NCBI GenBank assembly: GCA_964505065.1
Contig: CAZDGF010000004.1
Span: 9,011 to 73,010 of the forward strand
Length of the DNA stretch: 64,000 nt
Source: an uncultured Chitinophaga sp.
GTDB taxonomy: Bacteria > Bacteroidota > Bacteroidia > NS11-12g > UBA955
Direction: 5' to 3'
Below the pieces are notes generated by a model. That model was given only the letters and a program-made list of their open reading frames with translations. It did not search any database and was not told the origin of the DNA. A program made the translations under genes and the position numbers. Below, piece by piece: positions 50,036 to 60,687 of the stretch; position 1 is the stretch's first letter; each line of letters starts with the position of its first letter.

Positions 50036-51430
50036 ATGAAAGACAAATATGTAGATTTAATAAACCAAACTTTCGATTTTCCGATGGATGAGTTTGATTT
50101 GAATGACGACAATGAATTAACCTATTTTGATATTCCTTTAATGGATATTGTGGAGCAGTATGGCACACCGCTTAAATTTACCTATTTGCCAAAAATTTCA
50201 GAAAACATAAAAAAAGCCCGCACTTGGTTCAATGTGGCTATGGCAAAGGTAGATTATAAAGGCAAATACCATTATTGCTATTGCACCAAAAGCTCCCATT
50301 TTAGCCATGTTATGGAAGAAGTATTGCGCAATGATGTGCATTTAGAAACCTCATCTGCTTTCGATATTAATTTAATTCTATCATTGTATGAGCAAGGCTT
50401 GGTAAAAAATGATAAATTTATAGTATGCAATGGTTTTAAACTTCAAAATTATGTTGATAATATAGGACTTATTATCAAGCAAGGATTTACCAATGTAGTG
50501 CCTATTATAGACAATATAAGAGAGATAGATTTATTGGCTAATGCCATAGAGGGAAACTTTAGCGTTGGGCTTAGAATAGCAGCAGAAGAAGAGCCAAAGT
50601 TTCCTTTTTATACCTCGCGTTTGGGTATTGGATACAAGGATATTGTACCTGTGTATCTTGAGCAAATAGCCAAAATTAAACGCTTGAAAGTAAAGATGCT
50701 TCACTTCTTTATTAATACTGGTATTGAAGACGATGCCTACTATTGGAATGAGTTGCACAAATGTTTAAGTGTTTATTGCGAGTTAAAGAAACATTGCCCA
50801 GAGTTGGATAGTTTGAATATTGGCGGTGGTTTTCCCATTAAAAACTCATTGAAATTTGATTTTGATTACGAATACATGGCAAGTGAAATAGTAGCCCAAG
50901 TAAAACAAGTATGCGATAGCAATGGTGTAGCCGAGCCAGATATTTTTACCGAGTTTGGCTCGTTTACAGTTGGCGAAAGTGGAGGCGCTATATTTAAAAT
51001 TGAATACCAAAAGGTGCAAAACGATAGAGAAAAATGGAACATGATAGATAGTAGTTTTATGACTACCCTACCCGACTCTTGGGCCATTAACAAAAAATTT
51101 ATCATGTTTCCTTTAAATAATTGGGAGAAAAGTTATGAAAGAGTTTTACTTGGCGGTATAACCTGCGATAGCGATGATTACTATAATAGCGAGCAACATG
51201 CCAACGCAATATATTTACCTATTTACGACCCAAATGATAATCTTTACATTGGCTATTTTCATTGTGGTGCATACCAAGAAAGCATAGGCGGCTATGGTGG
51301 TATTCAGCATTGTTTAACACCTGCGCCTAAACATATTATAATCTCCGTAGATGAAAATGGCGAGTACAATACTAAACTATTTAGCAAAGAGCAAAGTTAT
51401 AAAAGCATGTTGAAAACCTTGGGTTATTAA
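50036..51430 (+). CDS. PLP-dependent Orn/DAP/Arg decarboxylase family-2 enzyme (arginine decarboxylase-like, polyamine biosynthesis)
   Basis: N-terminal ...VEQYGTPLKFTYLPKI...YCYCTKSS; GGGFPI motif (LNIGGGFPIKN); 464 aa. Confidence 0.6.
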   Translation: MKDKYVDLINQTFDFPMDEFDLNDDNELTYFDIPLMDIVEQYGTPLKFTYLPKISENIKKARTWFNVAMAKVDYKGKYHYCYCTKSSHFSHVMEEVLRNDVHLETSSAFDINLILSLYEQGLVKNDKFIVCNGFKLQNYVDNIGLIIKQGFTNVVPIIDNIREIDLLANAIEGNFSVGLRIAAEEEPKFPFYTSRLGIGYKDIVPVYLEQIAKIKRLKVKMLHFFINTGIEDDAYYWNELHKCLSVYCELKKHCPELDSLNIGGGFPIKNSLKFDFDYEYMASEIVAQVKQVCDSNGVAEPDIFTEFGSFTVGESGGAIFKIEYQKVQNDREKWNMIDSSFMTTLPDSWAINKKFIMFPLNNWEKSYERVLLGGITCDSDDYYNSEQHANAIYLPIYDPNDNLYIGYFHCGAYQESIGGYGGIQHCLTPAPKHIIISVDENGEYNTKLFSKEQSYKSMLKTLGY

Positions 51431-51442
51431 AATGCAAATTGT

Positions 51443-51889
51443 ATGGCTACACGTTTAAATACCCAACTGGAACTTGCAAATGTATTTGTAACAGTAAGCA
51501 AATTAAAACGCAAGCTAGATGCACAAATAGAAGCCGAACTGCACTGGCGGGGTTACAAAAATTTCAAATCATCTTACTTACCCGTATTTATTATTTTGTA
51601 TAAATACTCAAGTACAGTAGTACAAATTGCAGAAGCTTATGGTATTTCTAAACAAGGCATAAGCAAGCTTACTAAAGAGATGATGGCAGAGGGCTTTTTA
51701 AAAACTTTGGTAAACAAAGAAGATAGACGCAGCACACATTTATTGCTTACAGCCAAAGGCAAACGCTTGGCTATAGAGATTAGAAAAATTTTACGCAAAC
51801 TAAACGATAACTACCGTTCGCTTTTAGGCATTCATAAGTTTGACAGTATGAATGATAATTTGGTTAATTTTTTGGCTTTGCATGAGTAA
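51443..51889 (+). CDS. MarR-family transcriptional regulator
   Basis: Winged-helix region IAEAYGISKQGISKLTKEMMAEGFLKTLVNKEDRRSTHLLLTAKGKRLA. Confidence 0.65.
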   Translation: MATRLNTQLELANVFVTVSKLKRKLDAQIEAELHWRGYKNFKSSYLPVFIILYKYSSTVVQIAEAYGISKQGISKLTKEMMAEGFLKTLVNKEDRRSTHLLLTAKGKRLAIEIRKILRKLNDNYRSLLGIHKFDSMNDNLVNFLALHE

Positions 51890-51895
51890 GTGCCC

Positions 51896-54800
51896 CTACT
51901 GCACCACCTCAATTACGCCCTTCAACTCATGCCTTTCGTTGTATACATCAAAAATATTGAGGGTATAAATGTATAGGTTATTGCTAACATCAGCAGGTAT
52001 CCAAGCTTCGTAAGGATTATTGCTTTTAAATACCAATTGCCCCCAACGGTTGTATATTTTTATGTCGTAATCTTTAATATAAGCAGCCCCAGGTATTTTA
52101 AAGGCATCGTTTATGCCATCGCTGTTTAGGCTAATGGCATTGGGTAAGTAAAATTTCATACGGTGCAGCATATCAAAGCTATCTGTAGCTTCTGTTGTGC
52201 AGCCATTATTGTCTTTAGCATTTACTTTTATTTTTACCAAGCCTGTTTGGGTAAAATCTTCAAAAATAGGATTGCCTTGTTGAGGTGTTCTATTGTCTAT
52301 TTGCCAAATGTACGTTTGTATTTGCCTATTGGCTGTGGCTGTAAATCGCCAAGTGCTGTTATCAAAACTATTCGTAGTGCGTTGCCATGTTATTTTTATA
52401 ATAGGAGCGGGCAGTACAGTTAAAGTAATAGCTGTACTATCTTTACAAACCAAATTTGAAACTACCACTTGCCTAACCACATATTTGCCACTATCTGCAA
52501 AAGTTTTTGAAAATAAATTGCTGCCTATTGTTGTCCAATTATTAGCAGGAAAATAATTAATTTTAGATTCCACATTTTTACTGCTATCTAAGGCAGTGTT
52601 TACAATAAAAAGATTGTTTTGCTGGCATTGGGTGGCATTGTTTGCCTTTAGGCTTGCCAATGCCATAGGTTTTAGCACGAGGCTATCTTGCAGGGGTGTG
52701 CTGCAATTATCTGTAAGGGTATAACGCATCGTAGTGTTTTTATTTTTTGTAGAAAACAAAAAGGCGGTATCTGTACTAATGGTTTGGTTATTGTATAGCC
52801 AATTAATTTTGTAATTATTTTGTAAGCCTCCAGAGGCTTTACTACTTATAAAAGCAGTATCTTTAAAACAAAAAGGCGCACTTTTTAAACTTGCTGAAAG
52901 CTTTTGCCTTGCAGAAATATTAAGCATTTGAGAATCGTTTATGCTACAACCATCGCTACCTATAAATAAAAAATGAGCGGCAGTATTTACAAAAAAACTG
53001 CTGTCAATTACATTGGCTGTTTTTATGCTTTTAACAGTAGGTATAAGTTGCAGCCATTTTATTGTAGGTGCAATGCCTCCAATAGGCACAACTCTTAATT
53101 TATGCAATTTGCCATAACATACCGCAGTATCTTTTAAAACACTCATGCCTATTGGGGCTAAAGTATTTATTTGCATACTATCCGATACTATTTCTCGGCA
53201 TCTATTCAAAGCATTTACTTTTATTGTTGCTGCTTGTTTATATTGTTTGGCAAAACTATTGCCTACAATAGAATCTTTAGCATTTATAAATGTATAAGCT
53301 GAAATTTTAGCCCCATAAATTATTTTAGGCACAATTGTAAATGAACGCCCATTACAAAGCGTAGTATCTTTTGGCAACTCAAAAACCAAAGGTATATAAG
53401 TACTTATTTTTTTATTGACACTGTCTTTTTGTAGGCAAGCATCTGTTATTTTTTGTTTGTAAATATCAGAGGTGTATTGGTTTATTTTTAAGCTATCAGC
53501 ATTGCTCAATAGGCTACCATTGCTTGCTCGCCATTGGTAGCTGTAGGGCTTTAAGCCACCTACGGCTTGTATATTAGCTATGGCAGGTAGATTGCTACAT
53601 ATTGTAGTATCGTTAATATTGGTAATTTTAGGTAGTGAAAAATATTCGAAACTTATTTTTTGAGTATCGCCAAGCGAGCAGCCATCGTTGCCTATTAAAA
53701 ACAATGTTTTTGGGGTGCTATCTGTTAAAGTTAAATTTTGGCTATTGCCCCATATTTTTTTGCTGCTATCTGCCCATTGGTAGGTATAAGTTACTGCTTG
53801 CCCACCTGATATATTAAATTGTATTGTGCCATTTTTACAAACAGTATCTATTGCGTGTATAATTGTTAATTTTGGCATTGGATAAAGCCATTTATAAGCA
53901 GTATCTGTTTTGCCGCAGCCGCTGCTATCGCTTATTATTATGCGAAATTTAGTAGCTTTTACAATTGCTTTGGTTACAGTTATGCGCTTGGTGCTATCTG
54001 CTACCATATTGCCAGGGCTCCAAAGCCACTTGCTGCCCCCGCTTGTTTTTAGTTGAAGCTTGCTGCCATAGCATACCGAAGTATCTTTGCCAGCATTGGC
54101 AGTATCTTTGCTGTATATAAGCAACCTAAGGGTATCAAACCGATAATAGCTTTGCACCTGCGGCTTGGTACTTACAATACGTATGCGATAATGTGGGCTA
54201 CTTACCACATCAAAAAGGGGCAAAGTAGCTTTTATAGTACTATCTTTATTGCTTTTAAGCCTGCCCAGCTCTCTATGCGCCCCATTAAAATTGCCCTCCT
54301 CATCGCTTAGCTCGGCAATAAAGGTATTGGCAGTATCAAACACACCATCTTTGGTGTAGGGTATATTTAGAGCATTACCCGCACAATAAGGACCCATGCT
54401 TACAGCCCCCCTTGTTATGCTATAATCGTATATTTTGGAGATGATGAAATCTCTTGAACTATCTTTAGCATAATAATTTTGATTATTAATAATAATGCTT
54501 TTTGTGAATGTTGTGCCTACATATAAAGCATTTGAATTGTCAAAAGCAAAACTAGTTGATTGACTTATGGCAACAGAATCCCCAGTTCTAATAAACCACA
54601 AAATGTTACATAATGAATCTATTTTACAATAAATAACTAAACCCTTTGACCGTTTAGTAGTATCGCCAAATATATTTAATGAACCCCCTATTCGCCCACT
54701 CATGTGAGCATACCCATTATTTGCTTCTCCTTCTAGAAATTGTCCGTTAATATCATTGTAGGGAGATTCAAAAACTAAATGCGCTCGAACCCTATTATTA

Positions 54801-55825
54801 ATTATAGATAAAGCATAAGGTTGATTGTTTTTATTTTTAGTATTTAGCACATGTTTATATCCTAAAAAACTCATACTATCTGAATAAAAACCACCTAAAA
54901 TATAGGTTTTTTCATTAATATGATTAATGCTATTAATATTAAATAATATATCAAAATTATCCGTTGTAAAGTTTTGTACTCGGATATCTTTTTTATCATA
55001 TTTGTTAATGATAAGTTTTATTATTTTGCCTGTATAATTGTAATTCAAATTAATACCATAATTGGTATAATTTTTAGAATTTAGCCTTAAAAAAAGAATG
55101 ATTGAGTCTTTTTCCCAATTTATTTTGTTTGTTACTACATAATTCCCATCACCCAATTCATAATTTAATATTACATTGCCAGCAGTATCCGTCCTAATAA
55201 TAAAATTTTCAGCAAAAATTGTATCATTATACAATACAAATGGAGTTTTGGATAAATTGCGCCCATAAAAATATATATCGTTTTCAAATACACTTAATGC
55301 ACCACCCATTAAAATTCTCATGTTTGAAAATTCTTTTTGCCAAACAAAATCTCCTAAACTGTTTAATTTACATAAATATATTTTATTTGTTTCATTGTTA
55401 TTTAATTTCATCCATGGTGTATGGTTGAATAATTTAATTGAATCGCTTTTTTTTGTTATGTCTGTTAATAAATAAATGTTATCAAAACTGTCAGAGGTTA
55501 TACTTCTAATGTCAATTGCCATTGGTTCACAAATAGCCTTGCCCCAAATAAGGATACCGCTAGTATCAAACTTAAGCAACCAAGTAGTATTTCTTTGATT
55601 TTTAGTTAGAGTTGTATTTCCTATTTTTATATCGCAAAAAGCAACATTGTTATTATTAAATGAATAAGCTAAAACATATAAATAATTTTTTGATTTGGTA
55701 GAAATAAGCCCAGATATTACATCTGAATTTGCCCCTCCATACACTTTATTCCATACAAAATTTTGAGCATGGCTATTTGCAGCCACACTCAAAATGATGA
55801 TAAGATATGCTATTTTTTTAAGCAT
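51896..55825 (-). CDS. Large T9SS cargo protein (1309 aa) with Cys-containing Ig-like repeats and type-B (CHU_C-like) C-terminal sorting domain
   Basis: Signal peptide MLKKIAYLIIILSVAANSHAQ; C-terminus FYLPNAISLNSDGINDAFKIPG...IKIYNRWGQLVFKS...NLYIYTLNIFD. Confidence 0.75.
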   Translation of the reverse strand: MLKKIAYLIIILSVAANSHAQNFVWNKVYGGANSDVISGLISTKSKNYLYVLAYSFNNNNVAFCDIKIGNTTLTKNQRNTTWLLKFDTSGILIWGKAICEPMAIDIRSITSDSFDNIYLLTDITKKSDSIKLFNHTPWMKLNNNETNKIYLCKLNSLGDFVWQKEFSNMRILMGGALSVFENDIYFYGRNLSKTPFVLYNDTIFAENFIIRTDTAGNVILNYELGDGNYVVTNKINWEKDSIILFLRLNSKNYTNYGINLNYNYTGKIIKLIINKYDKKDIRVQNFTTDNFDILFNINSINHINEKTYILGGFYSDSMSFLGYKHVLNTKNKNNQPYALSIINNRVRAHLVFESPYNDINGQFLEGEANNGYAHMSGRIGGSLNIFGDTTKRSKGLVIYCKIDSLCNILWFIRTGDSVAISQSTSFAFDNSNALYVGTTFTKSIIINNQNYYAKDSSRDFIISKIYDYSITRGAVSMGPYCAGNALNIPYTKDGVFDTANTFIAELSDEEGNFNGAHRELGRLKSNKDSTIKATLPLFDVVSSPHYRIRIVSTKPQVQSYYRFDTLRLLIYSKDTANAGKDTSVCYGSKLQLKTSGGSKWLWSPGNMVADSTKRITVTKAIVKATKFRIIISDSSGCGKTDTAYKWLYPMPKLTIIHAIDTVCKNGTIQFNISGGQAVTYTYQWADSSKKIWGNSQNLTLTDSTPKTLFLIGNDGCSLGDTQKISFEYFSLPKITNINDTTICSNLPAIANIQAVGGLKPYSYQWRASNGSLLSNADSLKINQYTSDIYKQKITDACLQKDSVNKKISTYIPLVFELPKDTTLCNGRSFTIVPKIIYGAKISAYTFINAKDSIVGNSFAKQYKQAATIKVNALNRCREIVSDSMQINTLAPIGMSVLKDTAVCYGKLHKLRVVPIGGIAPTIKWLQLIPTVKSIKTANVIDSSFFVNTAAHFLFIGSDGCSINDSQMLNISARQKLSASLKSAPFCFKDTAFISSKASGGLQNNYKINWLYNNQTISTDTAFLFSTKNKNTTMRYTLTDNCSTPLQDSLVLKPMALASLKANNATQCQQNNLFIVNTALDSSKNVESKINYFPANNWTTIGSNLFSKTFADSGKYVVRQVVVSNLVCKDSTAITLTVLPAPIIKITWQRTTNSFDNSTWRFTATANRQIQTYIWQIDNRTPQQGNPIFEDFTQTGLVKIKVNAKDNNGCTTEATDSFDMLHRMKFYLPNAISLNSDGINDAFKIPGAAYIKDYDIKIYNRWGQLVFKSNNPYEAWIPADVSNNLYIYTLNIFDVYNERHELKGVIEVVQ

Positions 55826-55846
55826 TTGGAATAATTAAATAATAGA

Positions 55847-58255
55847 TTAATTGCTGGCTGCCACTATCATGCTTTTGGTATCTATCACTTGGGCATCTAC
55901 CAATAGGGTATAATGGTAAGTACCTGCGCTTATATTGGTGCAATCTAGCTCTACCTGCCCATAGCCTTTGCTATTTAGGGGGAAGGCTTTTATAAGTTTA
56001 CCATTATTGTCCACCACTCTAATAAACGCATTGTTGGCATTTGGCGGCAAAAAATAATCTATAAAGGTAAAACCATTAAAAGGATTGGGGTGGTTTTGAA
56101 ACAATATGGGCAATTGGTTTAACACCACTTTTTGCTCTTTGTTTTCCCCTATATTTTCTTTGCTTTTATTCACAATTAGCAACATATTTATTTGTTGCTT
56201 TAAGGTGTCAATGATTTGTTGTTGTTCTTGTATGCCTTTGGTAAGTAAAGGTACTATTTCATCATATCTAACGCCTAAATAAGTTGAATCAGTTTCTGCA
56301 CCAGCAACAATAGCATTTGGGAAAAAGTCTTTTATTTCTTGTGCAATAAAACCATAGTGTTTTCTATTTAAATTGCTTTTATAGTTATATGAATAAGATT
56401 TTAATTTTAAAATTGTTTCTAGTCCTAAATTTAGTGGTTCTATGTTTGTTTTTAATCTTTTGTCAGAACTAGAAATATTGCCTCCAGTTCCCCAAATTTC
56501 ATTGAAAATATTCCCCATTTGTCCTAAATTATACGGACCATTAATGCCATTGATTTTCGGAATTATATCACCATCCACTTCTAATAAATTATTTATAACA
56601 ACACCACCACTATTAAATCCATGTCCTGCAATGTTCACAGTTTGATTTCCAACTATAAGTATAGGGTCACCGCTAGAATTTATACAATTTAAAATACCTT
56701 CATTAAAATTATTTGGTTGTGTTGGCGTTCTTGTTGATTTTATTGTCATTGCAAATTCAGGCACAGCATCCGGATAAAGACCAGTGTACCCACCAAAGGC
56801 AACTGGTTTCCTATATTCTAGAAAACCTAATTTATTAGATTGGTTTCCAATTATAGTGCCACAATCTGTGCTATTAGCTATAATTTTAATACTATTGTTA
56901 TTAGTAGTTCCAAAATTCATTGAAGTACCAGTAATGTTAAATTGATTACCTCCTACTTGCCAAAAATTATTTTTATTTAATGGTAAAACATTATCCGCAT
57001 AAACCTTTCCATCATTATCAATAAACAAAGCATTATCTATACCACTTGGTGATGGGGTGTAAGCATAAACAGAACCTTTAAGATACATTTGTCCATCATT
57101 TTGTAAATACATTAATGAGTTTCCTCCGTTTTGATATTGTACATCAAAAGCTTTATCATAAGGAAAACCAATAGGAGCAGGCACTCTAAATGTAGTTTTA
57201 CCAGTTGCTTCAAAAGAGTTGGCATCTGTAAAATTAACTTGGTCTGATGATACATTAAAATTTGGAACGGTAGAATTGAAGCCGTTGCCAGAAATATTTA
57301 ATAAATCGTTAGCACCAGTAGTTACTTTTAATAAATGTTCACTATTAATATAACCAGTGGGTGGATTAATTTGCATTCTTGTAGAATGGTAAGAATTTTG
57401 TCCATTTAATAAAATATCGCCATTTACTTTAATTTTGCCTGTAACATCTAGTTTTTCTTGAGGACTTGGATTATTAATGCCCACATTACCAATAGAATTA
57501 ATTAGTAAACTTGAATTATTTGAAGAGTTTATAATATTCATTGCATTAGCTGAAGGGTTGGCTGCGTTTGGTTTTATTTCAAAATGTGCACTTGGTGTTG
57601 GTGTTCCTATACCCATATTCCCATTTGTCAATATTGTAGCATGTTCTTTAATTATTGGGTAAGGTCCTGTATTGCTGGTAACTATGCCCTCCACATTTTG
57701 AAAAATTAATCTACTGGGTGTTCTATTAAAATCATGGCTCCATGTAATAACAGCATCTTTTATATCTTGTTGTGCATTAGGAGGTGTTGGCACACTGCCG
57801 CCTTCATTGTTTTGATATATACCTAAATCTGATGCACGTTCTCTTAAACCAAAATGGGCATCGTAATCGCCCCATCTGTGGTAATCTACCAAATAATTAA
57901 CACCTGGTGTTACCATTTGCGCTACGTTTACAGGTCTTATGATGTTAGGGTTATCCCAATAATTGGCTTGATACCATGCACCTTTAAAACTCCACTTTCC
58001 CAAGGGACCACCAAAGCTATTAATACTTTGCGCTACACACAAATTTCCACCATATATAATGGCTCTATTTCTTCTATACACATAATCTTTCGCCATTTCT
58101 ATATGAAAAGAACTTGAAAAAGATGTAGGAAAGAAAGGATTGAATAAACCATTGGTGGTTTTAAAAACAGGCGATGTTACAATTGATGAGCCATTGTTCA
58201 ATCCAAATTGCCCTGTTTGCCCCTTTGCAAGGCTAAAACTTAAAAGAATAGCCAT
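55847..58255 (-). CDS. Secreted T9SS cargo protein (802 aa), type-A C-terminal sorting domain
   Basis: C-terminus FQNHPNPFNGFTFIDYFLP...IRVVDNNGKLIKAF...AGTYHYTLLVDAQVIDTKSMIV; N-terminal MAILLSFSLAKGQ. Confidence 0.75.
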   Translation of the reverse strand: MAILLSFSLAKGQTGQFGLNNGSSIVTSPVFKTTNGLFNPFFPTSFSSSFHIEMAKDYVYRRNRAIIYGGNLCVAQSINSFGGPLGKWSFKGAWYQANYWDNPNIIRPVNVAQMVTPGVNYLVDYHRWGDYDAHFGLRERASDLGIYQNNEGGSVPTPPNAQQDIKDAVITWSHDFNRTPSRLIFQNVEGIVTSNTGPYPIIKEHATILTNGNMGIGTPTPSAHFEIKPNAANPSANAMNIINSSNNSSLLINSIGNVGINNPSPQEKLDVTGKIKVNGDILLNGQNSYHSTRMQINPPTGYINSEHLLKVTTGANDLLNISGNGFNSTVPNFNVSSDQVNFTDANSFEATGKTTFRVPAPIGFPYDKAFDVQYQNGGNSLMYLQNDGQMYLKGSVYAYTPSPSGIDNALFIDNDGKVYADNVLPLNKNNFWQVGGNQFNITGTSMNFGTTNNNSIKIIANSTDCGTIIGNQSNKLGFLEYRKPVAFGGYTGLYPDAVPEFAMTIKSTRTPTQPNNFNEGILNCINSSGDPILIVGNQTVNIAGHGFNSGGVVINNLLEVDGDIIPKINGINGPYNLGQMGNIFNEIWGTGGNISSSDKRLKTNIEPLNLGLETILKLKSYSYNYKSNLNRKHYGFIAQEIKDFFPNAIVAGAETDSTYLGVRYDEIVPLLTKGIQEQQQIIDTLKQQINMLLIVNKSKENIGENKEQKVVLNQLPILFQNHPNPFNGFTFIDYFLPPNANNAFIRVVDNNGKLIKAFPLNSKGYGQVELDCTNISAGTYHYTLLVDAQVIDTKSMIVAASN

Positions 58256-58280
58256 ACTTAAAATCGTTTTAATACGATGC

Positions 58281-58311
<31 letters not shown>

Positions 58312-58489
58312 CACTTTAGGCACACTTTTTGATGTTGTAAATTTAGAACGCATAATATTTATTTTGTTTTTTAAAATTTAAAACAAAACTACACAAATAT
58401 TTTAAATATCCAAATTTATTTTAAAAAATTTATAATTTGGTAATATTGGAAATTTTGAAAATTCTGTTTTTAATTTGCTGTTTAGTATA

Positions 58490-58830
58490 GCTCCCTGCGT
58501 CTGCCACCAACCACTGCCACTGCATTCTAAATCATTCCATTTCTGCCATTGTAGCATACTTGTTTACCTGCTTTCCTGCCAACTTTTCCTTCTGTCAAGC
58601 ATATTTTGGCTTCCGTCCGTCCTATTCTTCCTTTTGTCTGTCCCTATCTTCCTTCTTTGCAGCCCATTCTTCCTTTGGTGCGCCCCTATTTTGTTTTTGT
58701 TTGTCCTATTTTAGTTGCTGTGCTTCCAATTTCTCCTTCCGCCAATCATTGTGTTTCTTTGGTAAGCCTCTATCTTCCTACTTTCTGTCTTTTGTTTATT
58801 TTTTTTTTGCTGTGTTTCAGTTTATGCTTT
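58490..58830. other. ~340-bp strand-biased pyrimidine (C+T)-rich tract on + strand (purine-rich in the transcribed orientation of flanking minus-strand genes)
   Basis: ctgcgtctgccaccaaccactgccactgcattc...cttccttctttgcagcccattcttcctttggtgcgcccctattttgtttttg...; only low-complexity + strand ORFs. Confidence 0.6.
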
Positions 58831-59616
58831 AAATTCAATATCAATAATATCGTGTAGCTTATTGGCAATAGCATGTGTTCCTGCTATTATACTTTTACCA
58901 AATAGATAATTATTTTCGCCCTTAAAATCTGTAACAGTGCCACCTGCTTCTTGCACCAAAAGGCAACCTGCGGCTACATCCCAAGCGTTTAGGTTGTATT
59001 CAAAAAAACCTTCAAAGCGCCCACAAGCGGTATAAGCCAAATCTACTGCTGCGGAGCCCATGCGCCTTAGCCCATGGCTTTGCTGCATAAGAGTTTTAAG
59101 CACATTAAGGTAATTGTCCATTTGCTCAAATGTGGCATAAGGAAAGCCTGTAGCTAAAAGAGCATGTTTCATTTCTTGTACATTACTTACCTTTATAGCA
59201 TTGCCATTGCACCATGCGCCTCCGCCTTGCCAAGCAGTAAATAGTTCCTTTCTGCCCAATTCATATACAATGCCTATCAATATTTCGTTGCCTTTGGCTA
59301 ATGCCACGCTAATACTATATACAGGCACTTGGTGAATAAAATTAGTTGTGCCATCTAAAGGGTCTATTATCCATACCAGTTCATTTTGCGCTTGGGCAAT
59401 GGTGTTTTCTTCGGTAATAAAACCTGCATTGGGCAGTATTTTTTGCAAACCCGCCACCAATTGTTTTTCTGCCTCTATATCCACATAGCTTACAAGCTGG
59501 TTCAAGCCCTTATCGCTCACTTTATCGTAAGTAAATTTTAGGCTTTCTTGCAGTATAAATTCACCTACTTGGGTAATTAGGCTATTGGCTTGTGCGGTTA
59601 TTTGTTGTAAATTCAT
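58822..59616 (-). CDS. suhB: Inositol monophosphatase family protein (SuhB/ImpA)
   Basis: WIIDPLDGTTNFIHQVP motif; EENTI...; 264 aa. Confidence 0.85.
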   Translation of the reverse strand: MNLQQITAQANSLITQVGEFILQESLKFTYDKVSDKGLNQLVSYVDIEAEKQLVAGLQKILPNAGFITEENTIAQAQNELVWIIDPLDGTTNFIHQVPVYSISVALAKGNEILIGIVYELGRKELFTAWQGGGAWCNGNAIKVSNVQEMKHALLATGFPYATFEQMDNYLNVLKTLMQQSHGLRRMGSAAVDLAYTACGRFEGFFEYNLNAWDVAAGCLLVQEAGGTVTDFKGENNYLFGKSIIAGTHAIANKLHDIIDIEFKA

Positions 59617-59731
59617 TTGGTATGTTTTAATGCTTTACTAAAAGGTATTTATCGATAATCTTAAAAAATAAAAAACAAATGAAACTAAAAGTTATTAATT
59701 TCGTGCAATAAATTTAATAAAATAAAAAAAT

Positions 59732-60202
59732 ATGGCAATTCAAGTAGGCGCAGTAGCTCCAAATTTTTCACTTACCAATACCAATAAAGAAACCGTAACA
59801 TTATCTGAACTTAAAGGTCAGCCAGTGGTTTTATTGTTTTTCCCATTTGCTTTTACTAGCACTTGCACGGCAGAGCTTTGCGGGGTGCGAGATGATATAG
59901 CCAATTATGCCAATTTGAATGCCAAAGTATATGGCATTTCTATCGATTCTGTTTTTACATTAATAAAATATAAAGAAGACCAAAACTTTAATTTCGATTT
60001 GCTTTGCGACTTTAACAAAGAAGCCTGCACAGCTTACGAAACAAAATACGATAGCTTTGCTTTTGGTATGCAAGGTGTTGCAAAACGCAGTGCTTTTGTG
60101 GTAGATAAAGAGGGTATTATTCAATATGCAGAGGTTTTAGAAAATGCAGGGGAAATACCTAATTTGGATGCTGTTAAAGCTGTTTTAAAAACATTAAACT
60201 AA
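59732..60202 (+). CDS. Peroxiredoxin (AhpC/TSA-Bcp type thiol peroxidase)
   Basis: PVVLLFFPFAFTSTCTAELC peroxidatic-Cys motif; 156 aa. Confidence 0.8.
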   Translation: MAIQVGAVAPNFSLTNTNKETVTLSELKGQPVVLLFFPFAFTSTCTAELCGVRDDIANYANLNAKVYGISIDSVFTLIKYKEDQNFNFDLLCDFNKEACTAYETKYDSFAFGMQGVAKRSAFVVDKEGIIQYAEVLENAGEIPNLDAVKAVLKTLN

Positions 60203-60215
60203 AAAATAAATTAAA

Positions 60216-60668
60216 ATGAGTACATTAATTATTGTATTAATTCTACTGGGTTTAATTTTAATTTTATTAGAATTATTTGTAACCCCAGGTTTTGTTACAG
60301 GCGTATTGGGCGGTGTGGCATGGGTATATGCTTTGTATAAAATATATGCAGAGTATGGCGAAACCAATGGACACATAGCTTTAGTAAGCTTAATTTTATT
60401 GCTGTTACTTTGTATTTTCATTACCGTAAAAACAGGGTTTTGGAACAAAGTATCTTTAAATCAAAATATAGATGGCAAAGTAAATGAGCTACCATTGCTA
60501 AATGTGGGCGATAGGGGATATACCATAAGCGTATGCCGCCCAGTAGGCAAAGTAAATTTTAATGGCATAATAACAGAAGCTACAAGCACAGCCGAAATGA
60601 TACAAAACAACGAAACAGTAGAAATAGTAAGCATTGCGAATAATAAAATATCAATCAAACAAATTTAA
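60216..60668 (+). CDS. NfeD-family membrane protein (short form; TM helices + C-terminal OB-fold)
   Basis: Two N-terminal TM segments, C-terminal beta-rich [25 protein letters not shown]...; immediately precedes flotillin-like gene. Confidence 0.6.
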   Translation: MSTLIIVLILLGLILILLELFVTPGFVTGVLGGVAWVYALYKIYAEYGETNGHIALVSLILLLLLCIFITVKTGFWNKVSLNQNIDGKVNELPLLNVGDRGYTISVCRPVGKVNFNGIITEATSTAEMIQNNETVEIVSIANNKISIKQI

Positions 60669-60687
60669 CAAACAAAATCAATCAAAT

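Noticed and set aside
58475-58857. Three overlapping + strand ORFs (79-90 aa) rich in S/L/F/P/C
   Set aside because: They arise from the polypyrimidine tract (CTn codons give S/L/F/P). Mutually overlapping frames and absence of any start context make coding unlikely; treated as a noncoding tract.
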